Source: Cyanophyceae cyanobacterium (GTDB lineage: Bacteria > Cyanobacteriota > Cyanobacteriia > Cyanobacteriales > JBHJGN01). From it: a stretch of DNA of 60,741 bases. Each line of letters begins with the position of its first letter. Positions within the stretch are counted from its first letter, which is position 1. The translations under genes and the position numbers were made by a program. Under the pieces are notes generated by a model. It saw only the letters and a list, made by a program, of their open reading frames with translations. It made no database searches and had not been told where the DNA came from. Of the stretch, positions 60,606 to 60,741 are shown piece after piece. Where the stretch lies: the NCBI GenBank assembly GCA_050331735.1, contig JBHJGN010000071.1:1-60741 (forward strand), read 5' to 3'.

Positions 60606-60741
60606 CCAATTAGAAAAAGTAATAGGAGACTTGATGAGTTGGGGGAAAGGGGAAGGGGTCAAGGGGAAAGGGAAGCACAGCAGCTCTTTGCCCTTGAACC
60701 TCCAATGCTTGGTTAGTTTAAGGAACTATCTGACTACTTTC
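60603..60741 (-). mobile_element. MITE-like element family A, copy 3 (truncated by window end)
   Basis: Reverse complement of copies 1 and 2 with extra GGGGAAA-type units. Confidence 0.85.

Larger units (their letters stand above)
1..60741. repeat. HIP1 octamer GCGATCGC, dispersed
   Basis: Dozens of occurrences, e.g. near 1475, 1622, 2444, 3300, 8677, 14583; a cyanobacterial hallmark. Confidence 0.95.

Noticed and set aside
1..60741. Many 60-170 aa ORFs nested in or antisense to long genes
   Set aside because: They overlap well-supported genes and show no recognisable motifs.

Overview
Chromosomal segment of a unicellular-type cyanobacterium, inferred from dozens of HIP1 GCGATCGC sites, a stand-alone rpoC1, crtH and a Hik2/CSK-like kinase. 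Housekeeping genes include ackA, a Mn-type ABC transporter (mntC divergent from mntAB) with tandem ManR-like boxes, rpoC1, rnhA, glcD, dxs, crtH preceded by an IsaR1-like sRNA with a Fur-like box, ybaK, exoD, tRNA-Tyr, tRNA-Thr and a UvrD-type helicase. The main candidate system spans 43.5-55.0 kb: secreted DUF928 protein, CHASE2-GGDEF(degenerate)-EAL receptor, an unannotated 57-aa secreted peptide, a TpsA/TpsB two-partner secretion pair and an exported TPR-CHAT protease. The peptide's C-terminus (GRRRGGKQR) shares an RRxGGxxR pattern with DUF928 (SRRAGGGTR), which suggests a protease-gated peptide signalling circuit acting on c-di-GMP (hypothesis). Other points: a highly structured ~190-nt dxs leader with a possible anti-RBS helix, two families of short dispersed repeats plus a single hairpin element, integrase-arm-like repeats after tRNA-Thr, a kinase lacking its phosphoacceptor His, and several decayed genes (GNAT, SplB-like, PepSY-TM/TonB receptor, Uma2). 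All family calls come from motif recognition by eye; no database searches were run.
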